Of a stretch of DNA of 64,000 nt, positions 15,233-30,500 are shown one piece after another. Under the pieces are notes generated by a model. That model saw only the letters and a program-made list of their open reading frames with translations, was not told the DNA's origin and ran no database searches. Position 1 is the stretch's first letter, and every line of letters starts with the position of its first letter. Origin of the DNA: Chrysomallon squamiferum (taxonomy: Eukaryota > Animalia > Mollusca); NCBI GenBank assembly GCA_012295275.1, contig CM022679.1, positions 9,672,001 through 9,736,000 of the forward strand, in the 5' to 3' direction. Made by a program: the position numbers and the translations under genes.

Positions 15233-15423
15233 TTTCTTCTTCAAAGAAAGATGAGAAAGTTCTGTAGTAAAAAAAAAAGATTCCAGTTATTATCTTATAA
15301 GGCTGTGTTTTATTTTATTTATTTCTGTCTTGCAAGTTATCTGGTGTTTAGTTTATATTAATATAATCATTCTGAAATAGCTATTATTGTTTGTTTTTAT
15401 TTTATTTTATTAATTATTTATTA

Positions 15424-15456
<33 letters not shown>

Positions 15457-17474
15457 TTTTTTTTTTTTTTTTTTTTTAAGATAAAGTGATTTATATATTT
15501 TTTCAGTTTAGAACATCAGAAAATATCATATGGTTAAAAAATTATTTTATTATAAACACAAGTCAATAAATCACTGTAGAATATTTTCTTCAAAATCTAA
15601 TTATTACAGTTCTTAACAAGTATTACAATTATAATTATTGTCGTTATTATTATTATTATTATTATTATTATTGTTGCTGTTGCTGTTGTTGTTGATGGTG
15701 TTGTTGTTGTTGTAAAATCCACATTATACGTCATGTTGAGTCAATGCAAATTTTATGTGATATCTATACACAGCCATATTTACATGCCGGTCATCGAAAG
15801 GTCAAAGTTCACTTCAGGCTGAGACGCCGAGCGAATGAAGTGTTAATGTTATTTCAAAAGGACAACACTTGTTTTTTTTAATGATTTCACTCCAGCTCAC
15901 GCTAATAGGAAATCACATATTTTAAATAATATTATTTTTTAATTTATAAGAAACAAGATATTGCTATAAATTTAATTATAAATCGTTGGTTATGCAACCG
16001 TTAAAATGCCATTTTATGACGTATATTCTAACATTTTTTCCTTCGTCTTCTTGTTGTTGTTGTATCTATCTATTATTAGTAGTAGCAGTACTACTACTAG
16101 TAGTAGTAATAGTAGTAGTAGTAGTTGTTGTTGTAGTAAACAGCAGAAAAAGAATTATTCTAAAATATAATTTTTATAAAATGAGCGAACATTTAATAGT
16201 TCTCTCTAACGGTAATAAATAAATAAATAAATGAAATTTGGTTTGTGAACTTGGACCATAGAACCATAAGCAAAACTTAGCTATGCTGGTTTTGGCATGT
16301 ACTTGTACACGAAAGAAAAAACAACAACATAGAAATGTCATATAAACTTGAATGACGGAGACAATGAGCATAAAACTGACATGAACACAAAATAAATAAT
16401 AAACAAACAAAATGATGAGGTAAAATAAATCTTTCTTTAAAAAATAAACAGCAAAAAAGGACAAAATCAATAATCATAATTAAAAAATAATAATAATAAT
16501 TGTGTTACGGATAAAATAAAATGGCACAAAGTAGATAGTATGAATGCAATTTAAATATCTTATATAATTTCCTAAAACAAAAAAAAATCAGTTTAATTTT
16601 ATTTATTTATTATAAATAATTATTATTTCATCAGTAACATCATTTCTTCAGCTACTTTCTCGTTACAAAATAAAAAAATAAAATAATAAAAAATAAAAAC
16701 ATTTTTACACAATCTTTATGAAGTCAAAAATACATAAAGATCGGGGAGGTAAATATCTAAATATGAAAATAAACTATAGATTTTTTTTTTTTTTTTTTTT
16801 AATTTTTTAAAAATGTTTTTAATTGTTGCAATTCTTATGATGTTTAATAAAAGGTTCTTTTCATGCCTAGGAGAACAAAATTATTAAGTAAAAATGATTC
16901 ATCCATTTCAAGGACATGGTTAATAATAATACTACATCAGTTGAATGAATGAAAACTGGTTTCAGACGTAAAATGTCACCCGAATCCTTCGAGCTTAACT
17001 AACACAGCAAGTTCTTATCGAAAACATCCGAAGTAAAATACCCGCGTTAACGCTGAATAAAAGAATTTCATTTATTTATAATAATATTTTATTTTGTTTT
17101 TTTTTTTTTATTATATGAGAAATGTGAAAGTTCAGTGGAACGGAGAATATAGAAATGCAGTGATTATTAAAAATAAAAAAAACTTTGGTAATTTGTTGCC
17201 GGTGACGTGTCACGTGACTTGCCATTATACTGAATGGCCCGTTTTCTTCTTCGTTTTTGACACAGAAGTTAAAATATATGAATAATATTGAATAGACATT
17301 AATGAATATATTCATAAGTATAAATAGGATTATCCGTGGTTTGCAGAAAGAGCAAGAATTTTGTGTAATCATTATAAATATTAAAATGTTTTTCACTTTT
17401 GGAACATTTTCACTTAACGAATATGTGAAATACTGATAAAGAAGAATGCAGATAACAACAACATAAATAATAAT

Positions 17475-17521
<47 letters not shown>

Positions 17522-17873
17522 CCTACATTAAAGAAATTTTAAAAATTACGTTAAAAATATTTTATAATTAACTTAAAATTAATGTAAATTGAATTAAAAA
17601 CAATAGTTAAATTAAAAAATAAAGAAAGTTAAAATAAATTAAATTAAACAAAAAACAAATAAACAAAAACAAATAAACAAACAAAAATCCAACAACAGCA
17701 AAAAAGTTAAATTATGATAAAAAATAAAAATGTTATTAACCTTAATATTAACTCTTTCATTATATTTTATCGTATTCGTAAAGCAACAATACGACGATGA
17801 CAGATAACAATAACAACAACAACAACAACAATAATAATAAAAAGAAGAGGAAGAAGAATAAGAATAATCATGG

Positions 17874-17904
<31 letters not shown>

Positions 17905-18797
17905 AAACAGTACTTAATAAATTCAAATAAAACAAAATAAAACAACCACAATAATCCAAAGTATCTCTACAATTTGCTCTCATTGAACTTTTTGATTTAA
18001 AAATAAACAAGGCTAGGACGGTTACTGATAGGTACTTCATCACCTAGCTTCTGTGTCTATTTTAGATTAAATACGAAACTGAAGTTTCATCAGTTACAAT
18101 GCAAATTAAACATTTAAGAAATTCAGCTAACAGAAAGAATTCAGAATCCCACCCTGAAAGTAAATATTTTAATATTGTCGTCGCAGATGCTTATTGATAA
18201 CCTTCATATGCACATGTACGCGCATATTTTAAAGAGAGACAATTTTTAAACATTGTCATATTAGACTGTAAACTCATGTGTCTATTGTTTATCTTTTTTT
18301 GTTTTAATTTTTTTTGTTTTTTTTTCCCCCGGACCAATTGATGCAAGATAAATTTAGGCTGTGGTGTGATTCATCACGCCTATTCGAATCATGCCTGTCA
18401 TTTCTTACATAACATATACCTACAGAACCATAGCAAGTATTCCTTGAGAACGAATAACTGTTTCTGCAAGACATTATTTATTATTTTTTTTATTATTTAA
18501 AAAATATATGTGTGTGTACGCATGCATGTGCTTGTTGCAGATTCTAAAGATCGGTTAATTTGCCGTTGAAAGCGCTCTTAAATTTTATTTGTTTAAAACT
18601 GGTTGTTAATTTCTTTCCATTTTTTTTTTTTATTTTTTTTTTTTTTATTTTTATATTTACTTTAAAAAAAAAAAAATTCTCTCTCGGTTATCTCTTAATT
18701 TTGTGGGTTGCGTATATTTCAGACAAATTAACTGAAAGATCGTTCGTATAAATAAAAATATTTAGAATAATCCTGTTAGTTCTGTATATATATTTTT

Positions 18798-18800
<3 letters not shown>

Positions 18801-18884
<84 letters not shown>
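18801..18884. repeat. (CT)n microsatellite
   Basis: Seen directly. Confidence 0.98.
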
Positions 18885-18885
<1 letters not shown>

Positions 18886-19349
18886 ACTTGTGCGTTATGG
18901 AAACTAAGCAAACTCGTCATAAAGTACTGATAATATTAACACAGTGGACGAACTGTTACAAAAACTTGAATCTTGTGCGACGTTGATATTTAACAACATC
19001 GTGTGCGTGCGTGAGTGCGTGTATGTGTGTGTTGTTAAAAAAAAAAAACGTTAATAGTATAATCAGTTAAAGATGCAGTATAAACGAGAGAACGATATTT
19101 TTATGTTTACTAAAACATTCCGAATTCAAACGAACGATAAACAGTATTTTCAGCATTCGTTCCGTACATCACCGATGCAGTTTGAATAATATTACATTAG
19201 TGAAATAAGTACTGTTATTAAAAGCAGACTAAGTTAACTTCACAACACAAAATAGATACAATTATATACACCGTGAGCACAAAACGACGTTATTTAAATA
19301 ACACGCGGTAAAAAGACAGTTTCAGTGCGTTGTTTTAAGATAAACGAAA

Positions 19350-19606
19350 ACAATGAATAACAGAGTTTGACAAAGAACGAAGTTTACAAATATCAAAGTT
19401 TAACAGTAAATAGAAATTAATAAGTAACATTAACTTTAATTTAAAACAATAATGAGCAAAACTGTTTAAACAGTAAGTGAAATTAATAACAAAGATTAAT
19501 AATAATTGAAAGTAATAAATAACAAAGGTTAACAGTAAATGAAATTAGTAAGTAACAGAGTTTAATGGCAATTGAAAATAACAGTTTAAAAGTTATTGAA
19601 AATCTA

Positions 19607-19659
<53 letters not shown>

Positions 19660-19724
19660 TAATAATAAATAACAAAAGTTCACAGTAATAAATATCTGTT
19701 TAATAGTAATTGAAAATAATAATA

Positions 19725-19767
<43 letters not shown>

Positions 19768-19870
19768 AAGAATTTAAAATAATAATAATTAAAAAATGCT
19801 TTAATGGTAAATGATTAAATAAAATTTTTGACAGTAAATGAAAATAATAAACAAAATATATTAACAGTTT
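19350..19870. repeat. Degenerate minisatellite, about 32-bp unit (ttaacagtaaatgaaaataataaataacaaag), interrupted by (AAT)n and (AT)n
   Basis: Motif variants near 19399, 19466, 19497, 19529, 19562, 19699 and 19830. Confidence 0.65.
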
Positions 19871-21591
19871 ACACCATTATTGTAACAATAGATCTCCAGT
19901 GATAAACTGGTAAACTCTTGTTTTTTTGTTTTCATGGTTTCCCCCTTCCCAATGTAGTGAGAATTTATAAGCGAAAACGTGGTGAAAAGTAGACAGATGC
20001 TAAAAATGTCTAAAAAAGATAAGTATAATTAAGTACTGTACTTCTTAGTCAATTAACTTTGTAATTTACTCAGACTGAAACTGTATAGAAATAAAAAAAA
20101 GAATTTTTTTTTTTTTTTTTTTAAATTAAAAAAATTAAATCTAAAACTCCCAATTTTTATTTAGGTTATATTCCAGTCATTTAGAGAGATCTTTAATGGT
20201 GGTATTTAAATTAAACTTACAATAAATGCTAAAATATTCAAGTTTCATTGGCAAATAAAAACTGTATTAAATTTACTCAGATTGTTTTAGTTTGCTTTGA
20301 AGATGTTTTTAATGAGTTTTTTGTTGGGTTTTTTTAGTCAGTTTACTTAATAATATCTTATAAAACTTTATGGTGACTTACTTTTTTTAATTTATGTACT
20401 GACTGAAAATAATATATATGTGACTGGAATATACGCTTTAAAGCAAAAGCCATAGGCTAAAAAAAACCCAATAACATCAAGTTTAAATATACGAATTAAT
20501 AATAGTAATCATAATCATAACACTAATCGTTATTATAATAATAACAAAAACAAGAATAAACCTTTTAAATGAAACATTTGTTATTATACTTATTTAAATT
20601 TGATTCTTTTTGTTTTTTCTGTTGTTGGTTGTTTTTGTGTAGCGTGTTTTGTTTATTTTCTGTTATTGTTGTTGTTGTTTTATAAAAAAGAAGAGAGAGA
20701 AAAAAAAAACGACAACTTCAAAACCTTCTACTGAAACAAAGAACTGATTCTTCTTTTCAAAGAAACAGCTATCGTGTTTTCATTTTTCTCATTAACATTT
20801 TGGTATACACCAATAATAATTAAATCGTATTCCTTGAAAACATTTATTTATTTATTTATTTATTTGTTATTACTGTTGTTGTCGTCATCATTGCTACTGC
20901 TGTTGTTATATTTGATCCTATTGTTGCTGACGTTATTATTGTTGTTGTTGATGACGATGTTATTATTATTAATTGTTGTTGTTGTTGTTGTTGTTGCTGC
21001 TGATGTTATTTCTATACAGCGATATACCTTATAAGTACGCATTATCCCTCTGTATCTAGAGTTATATTATTATATGTATAATGTTATTGTCCTCTTTGGC
21101 TTGATTTATTTTTCTGATGTAATTACCAAACCTCCATAAATAAATGACACTGACTGAATGGCATCATTCTAATAAATGAGATTTCATATTAAAACTTTAG
21201 TGCTGGAAATACAAGACAAATTTATTTGGAAATTCAAAACTCAATGGTATCCTCTATCAGTCAGTCGAGTACTGAACTTTTAATATATGGCTGACCCTCT
21301 CTTGTTAGGGCACTTGGTTTACTTCTGTCGTTTTAGAGTACGAATTACTGCTTTTTGTAGTGCTGTAAGAATAAGTATTTACATCTGCATCCTTGAATGT
21401 GTGTGTGTGTGTGTGTGTGTGCGTGCGCGCGTGTGTTCGTGTATGTTATGCCCGTTTGCGTATGTCTGTGTATAAATGCGTGTGTGTTTAAATGTATATA
21501 CACTTAATTATAGATAGATACAATTAGCTTCTTTAACAGTCCATCCTGGTTATAAATTAATTTAATATTTAAAAAATAAATGAAATTAAAA

Positions 21592-21637
<46 letters not shown>

Positions 21638-22664
21638 CAGATGCACGCACACAAATGTAACTACTTTCAATATATGTAATAATATGCATGATAACCATTA
21701 TTTTTCCTTAATACGATATTATAAAATTTCCTAATATACTAGGGAATTATACTGTTTAATTTATCAAGCTGACTGTTTTTCTGGAGTAAAGACAATACTC
21801 GATTGTTTGTTGTTGGTTTTTTTGTTTTTCTGATAACTACCATGTGTAAAACTTTAAGATGAACATAAAATTTTTTTTTTTTTTTTTAAAATGGATCCAC
21901 ATTTTTCTAAAATAACGCTCCTTCTAAACTATCAAACTTGTTAGTAAAGGGATATTATCGTTATGTGAAAATTCGTAATCAGAAAAAAGATTTTTGGTCA
22001 TTCTAATTTTTAAATTATTATATCTATATATTATTATTATTATTATTATTTTTTTTTTTTTTTTACAAATTTAATGTCTCACAAAAAAAACTATTTACTG
22101 TTTTTTGTTGTTTATATTTAATAATTATATCGTGTGTAGTGCGTGTGCATGTATATGTACGCGCAGGTAGAATCCACAGAGCTAAAACAAATCGTAAAGT
22201 ATCTCGCACGACTCGGTTACAATGTCATACCATCCGAACGTCAGTTATTGTGTTTTTGAAATGAACTCCAATCTTCTGACTAAAAGAAATCTGACCGTGT
22301 CTGTGCGTGTGCGTGTTGGTGTGCTTTCACGAATGTTTTGTCGTTTTGGGTTTTTTAATCTGCATTATCAAACGATATCTTGCATTTAAAAAAAAAATTA
22401 AAACAAAATTTAAATTTCTCTGTGTTATTCATCGATATCATCATCATCATTATTATTATTTTATAATACATGGGTTATTTTTGTTTCTTAGATAATCCAT
22501 CCTTGATTCTGTATTAATTTAATATTTATTATAAAAAAAAAATTATAACTTTTTATTCTATAACATTGAAAATCATGACGATGTCGTTGCTAAAAATATG
22601 TTACAACTCGTATCGACTTTCGACATTACATCTACATTTTCCGTCGATCTTTTCAAGCTTTGAA

Positions 22665-22719
<55 letters not shown>

Positions 22720-23976
22720 CTTAAAACAGAATTAAACCAGTGCATCCATATATATTACTTTTAAGCATTTAGAAAGTAAAAATTTCTCGCTAACATGTTA
22801 CTGGTACTTCTACGAGGTACGTTTTAATATTTTATACGTGAAACCATTTGAAGTAATGAGAAATACAACAGAAATGAAGCCCCGTATATAAATAAGCACA
22901 TAATTGCATCCACGCCTGTATGTGGAACCAATAAGCGTTTTTAACCCAGTTAATCATTGGAGTTTGCAATAATTAAGCAGCCAGAGAAAGAACAATTTTA
23001 AGCAAGTCGTAGTTCTTTCGCACTCCGTCGTTTACGAAACTAATTGATCTAGCTTTCTTTTCTTTAAGCGGTAACGTGTTTCGTAACGTGCTAAATAAAG
23101 TTATCGTTAATTTGGTAAGTGAATTGAAATTCATGTTAAAAATAAAATATAAATATCTGCTGTTGTTAAATAAATAAATAAATAAATAAATTTCTTTTGC
23201 AAACTGATTTAAATTTAATTGGTGAATTATTATTATTATTGTTTTAAATGCAAATTTTAAATTATATCATATGCATAAATAGAAATTTCAGTTGTAAATA
23301 AATTTTATTTTTCATGTCTAAATGAATTTAGATTTAATTTACACGAGGTTATTTGCAAAACAAAGGTAAATATTTCTACGGTTCTGCACCTCGCGGATAA
23401 TCTTCCAAACTGTCAGAACTTGTAAGCCTAATCTCGCCGGATTCTGGTGTTATAAAACCTAATGTAACTTTTTCTATAAGGATATAAAATGTTCATCAGC
23501 TCATAAAAATTAACACTGTCCGTTATTGTTAAACATTTTTTAGTTCTGCTGCACTGAACGGTAATTATCCTTTCCACAGTAAAACTGTCATTAATGAAAT
23601 CACACAATTAGCTGCACCGTTTTCCAGTTGTTGTTTTAAAAAAATAAAAAAAAAATTCGGAGTGTATCTGAATCGACTTTTAGAAAGAACGTTTTTATTT
23701 ATTTCTTGTGTTTTGTTTACTTGTTGGTGTAAGTGATTTAATCCGGACCGATCGGCTGATAATGTTTGTTACGAGGTAAAAATGCTAATGAAATTAAAAA
23801 AGTCTGAATGAAAAAAAAAGACGAAAAAGACGCGCGAGTAATTTAGGATTACAAAACCCATTCGTTACAATTCAGTGCAATGAGAGCAGGGCAGCTAAAA
23901 AATAAAGCTATGACACTCTGTCTTAATTATTTTCACTTTTTGTATAATAATTATTTACGACAGTGCTATTTTTTTT

Positions 23977-24131
23977 ATTATTATTATTATTATTTATTAT
24001 TATTTTGTTTTTAAAGATTTTTAAAATAAACTAAAATGTATTATTATCACTATTATTATTATTATTATTATTATTTATTATTATTTTGTTTTTAAAGATT
24101 TTTAAAATAAACTAAAATGTATTATTATCAC

Positions 24132-24145
<14 letters not shown>
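23977..24145. repeat. 81-bp perfect tandem duplication
   Basis: gtttttaaagatttttaaaataaactaaaatgtattattatcactattatt starts at 24007 and again at 24088. Confidence 0.9.
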
Positions 24146-24178
<33 letters not shown>

Positions 24179-24534
24179 TTTTTTATTAATTTATTGTTTT
24201 TATTATTTTATTTTATTATTATCTTCTTTTTTTTTAATCATTTCAAATTTAATTTTTTTTATTTCGTTTCATTTAATTTTATTATTTATTTATTATTTGT
24301 TTTTTTGTTTTTGAGTGTTATTTCACAAAAAGCAGACCGTGTAGAAAATAACGTTACAAACGTTATCGGTTACAGTAACCGTAACACTAGCAAAATTTAA
24401 TTTACTTTGCATAAAACTTGATCTGCAATTACCTTTTATTACTGGCATTAAAAAATAAAAAATAACAAAAATATACATGTATGTAGGTTTTGCTATCGGT
24501 TAAATTTCTGATAAATTTGGTTGTTTATTCGACT

Positions 24535-24575
<41 letters not shown>

Positions 24576-24728
24576 CTACAGAATAAATCCTGGTGACCTC
24601 ACCCTTTTCTCGACCTCTCGCATTTTGAGTTAAATTTTGTTCCGGTCATATTACAGGTGTTCCTTAAACAAACAAGATTTGATACTTCATCTTTTTGACA
24701 TTTTTCTACATTAGTGTTGTTTTTTCCT

Positions 24729-24772
<44 letters not shown>

Positions 24773-25252
24773 AACTTTAATCTTTTACAGCTATGTGTTT
24801 TTGTCAATTAATTTAAATATTGTTTTGAATTTTAAATAACTTTTGTAAATAATTAAATAAAGCGAAGAGTAGTTATTTTCAAGTGTTAAATCTCCATTTT
24901 CAAAAGTTACATTTTCACTATCTTTTCATTTCTTTCTTCTTCTTTTTTTTTTTTAGTAAATAGGTGTGTCATTTTGGATGAAGATCACAACATTAGTTCT
25001 TAATATCTTTAGTTATTAATTCTTATAATTAACAACCTACGACAATGTATTATATCTTGTGAGAGAGAGAGAGATAAAAAGTATTTCAAAATCGTTAATA
25101 GGCTGTTGACAAGTTTTGAAATAATTTGTGTTAAATAAAATTATTAATTTCAGTAATGATGACGTTTGTCGTAATTGAATTAATTTCTATAATTATTTAT
25201 AATCTAAGTAAAACTGATCTAATAAATGTATATATAAACTAACGTTACTCAC

Positions 25253-25775
25253 AGTCAAATCTGGCCTGGCACAGGACCAAAAAGCACAGCAGTGATTGAA
25301 ATTTTTAACAAGTATAATCCAAAATATATCCAATATCACTCGACAGATTTTGTTCGGAATAATTTTCCTGGAATCTACAACACATATGCTAAACGACTGC
25401 ACGGTTGTCGCGTTTGGGAAAATTCGTGTTTATTAGAAACAACTCAAAATACATCAGAACCTCGGAAATATTTTTCCCCCGCTTGTTGCTCTGTTTTTCC
25501 ACATACTGCGCAGCAGCGGTTTCGTGGTGTATTGGGCCAACTAAGCAGAGGTTAGAGTTCAGATTCGCTTAGAGGAAGTGTGCGGTCAAACTGTCCATGT
25601 CTGTAGGATGTTAATGCGCCTTACGAGAGAGTACGTCTGTTTTCTGCGAGGGTGCAGCAAAACTGATTTTTAATGGTGGTACGCGGATGGGCCATAGTGA
25701 GGAAAACATGTAGTTATTGTTAGTACAAGACGGATGTCTATCGTACACTGCACGAGAACGAACCTGATTGGATGC
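25253..25775 (-). promoter_or_regulatory. Candidate promoter plus non-coding first exon (about 25664-25253) of the minus-strand gene
   Basis: Repeat-poor, GC-raised island. Minus strand has ATCCAATCAG (about 25773-25764), initiator-like TCAGTT (25666-25661) and a donor GACT|GTGAGT after 25253, near where the island ends. Confidence 0.4.
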
Positions 25776-27611
25776 CGTATAAACCCCCTGTGGACATACC
25801 TATACAGGCATTAGTGGTGCGGTTTCCAGATGCCCACAATAAACAACAATCCCCACTGCAAACAGTTAAATAGGTCAGCTGTCAAACATTGCAGGCTAGC
25901 GAGGACAGGTTGTCTGAAGCAGAAACTGCGCTGGTAATGACAGCAGCCGAAAAATTATTACACACAGTCCTAAAACACAACGGGGTTATTTATTTGAAAC
26001 CTCAAAGCATAGGTGCAATCTCCTGTTCGTTTTTTTTTTTTTTTTTTTTTAAAACCCGCAGTAATTAGTTACTTGCACCAAAATGGGGTGTCTGGAAACG
26101 GGCGATGTTTGGTTTTCTATCACGTGTTATCAATAGGTTACTCAATTTCACTATTCACAGCTCGGTAGAAGAATGGCCCTTGCTTCTAGTCTATTTTTAT
26201 GGTAAACCCGAGCTGCCGTGTTCACATTAAACGTCGGATATTGAAGACACGAATGAATACCAGGCAGAAATATTGTTGAATAATGCGAAAGCTCAAGTGG
26301 AGATGGGATAAACTGAACGCGTAGGGCTGACGCATCAAAGAACGACATACATATGGGATTTCTTTTTCTGGCAATAACTGGAAGACTTCAGCCCGGCTAT
26401 TACTTTTCATTTTATGTGTGTGACCTGAAAAAGAGAAATATAGATGCCAAGTGCAAATGGGATTCAACTTGGAGTTATTTTGCAAAAGTGGGATCGGCTA
26501 TTATTCGAGGATAAACAAAGATAATTTGTGGATGTTTTTTTTTTTTTTTTTTTTTCTCCCCTCTGTTCAAGGTCGAACGCTCTTTTTGTTCGGCCATTTT
26601 GCTCTGACAGAAGGTCGAGCAATAAGTCGTTTTCGATTATAAATGTCCGCCAGGGCACGAGGGTATTAATTGCCAGTTCGTCCACTTGTTAAATCTCGAT
26701 GCGTGAAATATCTAATGAGTATTTCGGGTGACACGACAAAGCTAGGCTTACTCTGGCTGCGGCTATGTCAAACACTGCTTTGTCGTTTGGCTTTGTAACC
26801 TGGGGACGATAAAGAATTTATTATTTATTTTCAGATTTATTTTACCTTGGGAAAATTAGATGATTATCTTCTTTTTTTTTTTTTTTTTAAAAAAAATAAA
26901 AAAAAAAAGATGATAAATTTATAGTATGGACCAGTTAAAAATATTTTATGATATTTTGGATGCTTGGTATGTGATGATATTTTTTTCCTTTGATAATTTT
27001 ATAAATTTGTTAAAATTTTGCTTCATTTTGGAAGAGCTTCATATTCTAACGTAAGTATACACATTTTATTTCTTGGAATTATTATTATTATTATTTTACC
27101 TTGTGATTGTGGACAATATAATAAATTGCTTGTTTGTTATTAATATTTCTGATGTATCTTTCAGTACTGGAAATAAATACGCATTTAGTATATATTAATG
27201 TAATTCATTATTTAAAAAATAATTAGCAGTTTTTAGATTTGAAATAAATGCTCATTAATTTTAAGTGAAAAAATAAATAAATATATGTTTTGGGATATCT
27301 TGCAAATAGTTCTTAAACGCTAAACCTCCTCCTTATAATATTATTTTAAACACAAAAGAAATCAAGAAACATTTGTGTTAAAAGTCTAATAGTACGGTTT
27401 TGCAAAGTCTAAAATATCTACTTTAACATTTTCTTTACATATAAGATTGATAAAATGTCGCGAATCATTTGTATTCTTAGAAATGTTTGATAACATTTTA
27501 TTAAAGAACTAACTCGAGGTTTATTGAAAGAAAAAGTTAAAACATATAGAGAAGCGTGTACTTTTTAACAGACATTTACTTATAAACTACGTTTGTAGTC
27601 GATTATATAAT

Positions 27612-27680
<69 letters not shown>

Positions 27681-28301
27681 TTAATTTTCATACTGAGCAA
27701 TTTATTTTATACTGAACGTTTTTTTCATTAAACATTAAACATTGAAAACAAACAAAGACTTAGCAGAAAAGGCTAATTTTATACGCATTGAACAACGCCT
27801 CTTTTTTTTATATTTTTAATGTTTCACCGGGTGGAAAACTAAATTACGTAATAAAATAATTTTATAACTTGTTCATAATCATTTCAAACAGTTTGACAGG
27901 TTTTGGACGTGTAATGTTTTTGTGTAGAGGGAGACCCGTGCAGTGTATAACAATAGAAGCAGAGACGAGGTAGTAAGTAATACGTTGGAAGAAAAATTCG
28001 TTTTTGACACTGCCTATATTATAGTTCTGCATACAGATGTGACTCGTATTCTTAATGTCTGTTAGATGTAGGCTTATAAACTGCCTTTTATAAAATAATT
28101 ATATTTCACTGTTAAAAAAAAAAAACACCTGGTACTATTTGACACCTATTGAATTTACGTTTTTTTTTTTTTTTTTTTTTTTTTTTTCTTTTTTTTTTTT
28201 TATAAAAATGAAATGTATTGTGTGTGTATATATGTATATGTATATTATAATGCAGTAATTTAAACCAGACCCAATTTGAATCGGATAAAATATTAGTGCA
28301 A

Positions 28302-28333
<32 letters not shown>

Positions 28334-29614
28334 AATAAAAATATATAAATTAAAAAAAAATAATAATAAAAAAAAACAAATATAACTTATGTGAACTACA
28401 ACAAATACTAAATGGAATATTTGATTTAAAAAAAACAAAATAACAAACAGAAGAAAAAGAAAATGAAGTTATAAATAGTAAATATCGCCTACCGCTTTTT
28501 TTAAAATATCATGTTCATAACAACAGAGGGAATAATGTTAATTAGCAACGAGAAGAATAACCCACGTAAGATGTCGTGACACAAACGCTGTACACAACAA
28601 TTCGAAACAATATTATTTTATACTTGTCTATCTTCAGTCACGTTCACGTGAAAATTATTTCAAAACTGGCAATATTTATTTCAGAAAATTGTAAAAAAAA
28701 CAACTAAAAAAAAGACTATTTTTAAACGCAGTTTTTATCGTGGTTGATATTAAATGTTTATTTTTGCAGTTCGTGTTATGACATAAAGATAGAATGTTAC
28801 ATTACGCAAATGTTACGATGTGACGTAGAGAAGATCTGTATAAATGAAACAAGTTAACGTCTGTACAGCAAAGAAAACGTATTTCAGGTTACTACTTTGT
28901 AAAAGGACCGTGTGTATACATTCTATGTTGTTATTTCATTTCTCGAATTTTTCATTTTACTAAATATTCGGGGTTTTGTAGCATTACAAAATATCGCTTC
29001 GTTTTATAAAATTTCGGATGAATTGTTTGTTTTAAAAGAAACTAGAAGTCAAAAAAATATATATATATATATATCGTAAAAAATAATAAAAATATTAATG
29101 TTAATTTAAAAAAAATTAATATTGCAAAACGAACTCTTTTTCTTTAATCTGGTAGACTGTAAAAAGTGCAAAGATATTATCTTTCTTGTTCAATTAAAAT
29201 AGTTTCTAAATATCTTTTATTTTTTATTTTTATTTTTTTTCAGAAAAGAAGCAGTAGATTTTGTACAATTTCTTTCATTTTTTTTTTCTTGAACAAGTTA
29301 TTCAGTTTTTTTACTAGTAAGTTTTATTATAGAATAATAATAATAATAAAAAAAAATATGGCGTTTTCAAAAGTGAGCAGTCAAGTACAACAAAAAGCTT
29401 TCATAAAATAAATTTGTGATGAAATGCTAAACATGCATTAATTTCGTGTTTACTGTCTTGACAACGAAAAAACAACCCACTGCGTCAAAACCTGTGTAAT
29501 ACAAAATACGTAAAAAAGAAAAACAATAAAAATCAAATTATATTAAGTGATAAAGGAAAACTTTAAACGTATATTGTTATAAAAGCGTGTTCGCAAAATA
29601 GATTGTATAACATA

Positions 29615-29900
29615 TGGTATTTTAAAATGAAATACATTGTTGTAACACACAATATTTTAAATGGAATACATTGTAATACATATTATTTTAAAATAAAAAA
29701 CATTCTTGTAATACGCACTGTTTAAAATGAAATACATTTTAGTAATACACATTATTTAAAATGAAATACATTTTTGTAATTCATAATATTTAGAATGACA
29801 TACATTCCTGTAATGAACAGTATTTTAAAACTGAATACATTCTTGTAATACGCAATATCTGAAATTAGAATATTTTCTTGTAATTTTTTAATTTTTAGTA
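29615..29900. repeat. Minisatellite, about 33-bp unit (tattttaaaatgaaatacattcttgtaatacac), about 8 copies
   Basis: Core near 29618, 29653, 29684, 29718, 29751 and 29821. Confidence 0.85.
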
Positions 29901-29982
29901 TTTTAAAGCTTTTTTCATTACATTGTAGTAACTGTTTCAAAATGCTTTAAATTTTCTTAGATTGCTTCAACAATGTATTTTA

Positions 29983-30028
<46 letters not shown>

Positions 30029-30452
30029 GTAAATAAATAATAAAAATATGATTATTTTATATGCAGATAAGATGAAAATTTAGTAAGATAGATATACATA
30101 TATAAAACACAAGTTCGTTGAATATTCATTGTGTTCGAAACGTGACAGAAATAAGGAAAGTCTATGGTAACAACAAGATTAACGATTGTCGAAAAAACAC
30201 GGTAAATATCGTAATTTTGCGAATCTTAATTAAAAACTTGTATTGACTGACATTTTGTTTCATCACTGACAAAATGAAATATTTCTTGTTTCATTAATGA
30301 AGGTAAACCAAAGAGTTTAAATAATGATAGCCGATATTTCTCTTTATATGTACGTTTTCTTTTGTTCAATTTTAATTTATACTATTTTATAGAATCTTTT
30401 ATAGTAATAAACCTTAACTAGTTTGTGTCGTATTAAAATCATCTCTTTTTTT

Positions 30453-30500
<48 letters not shown>

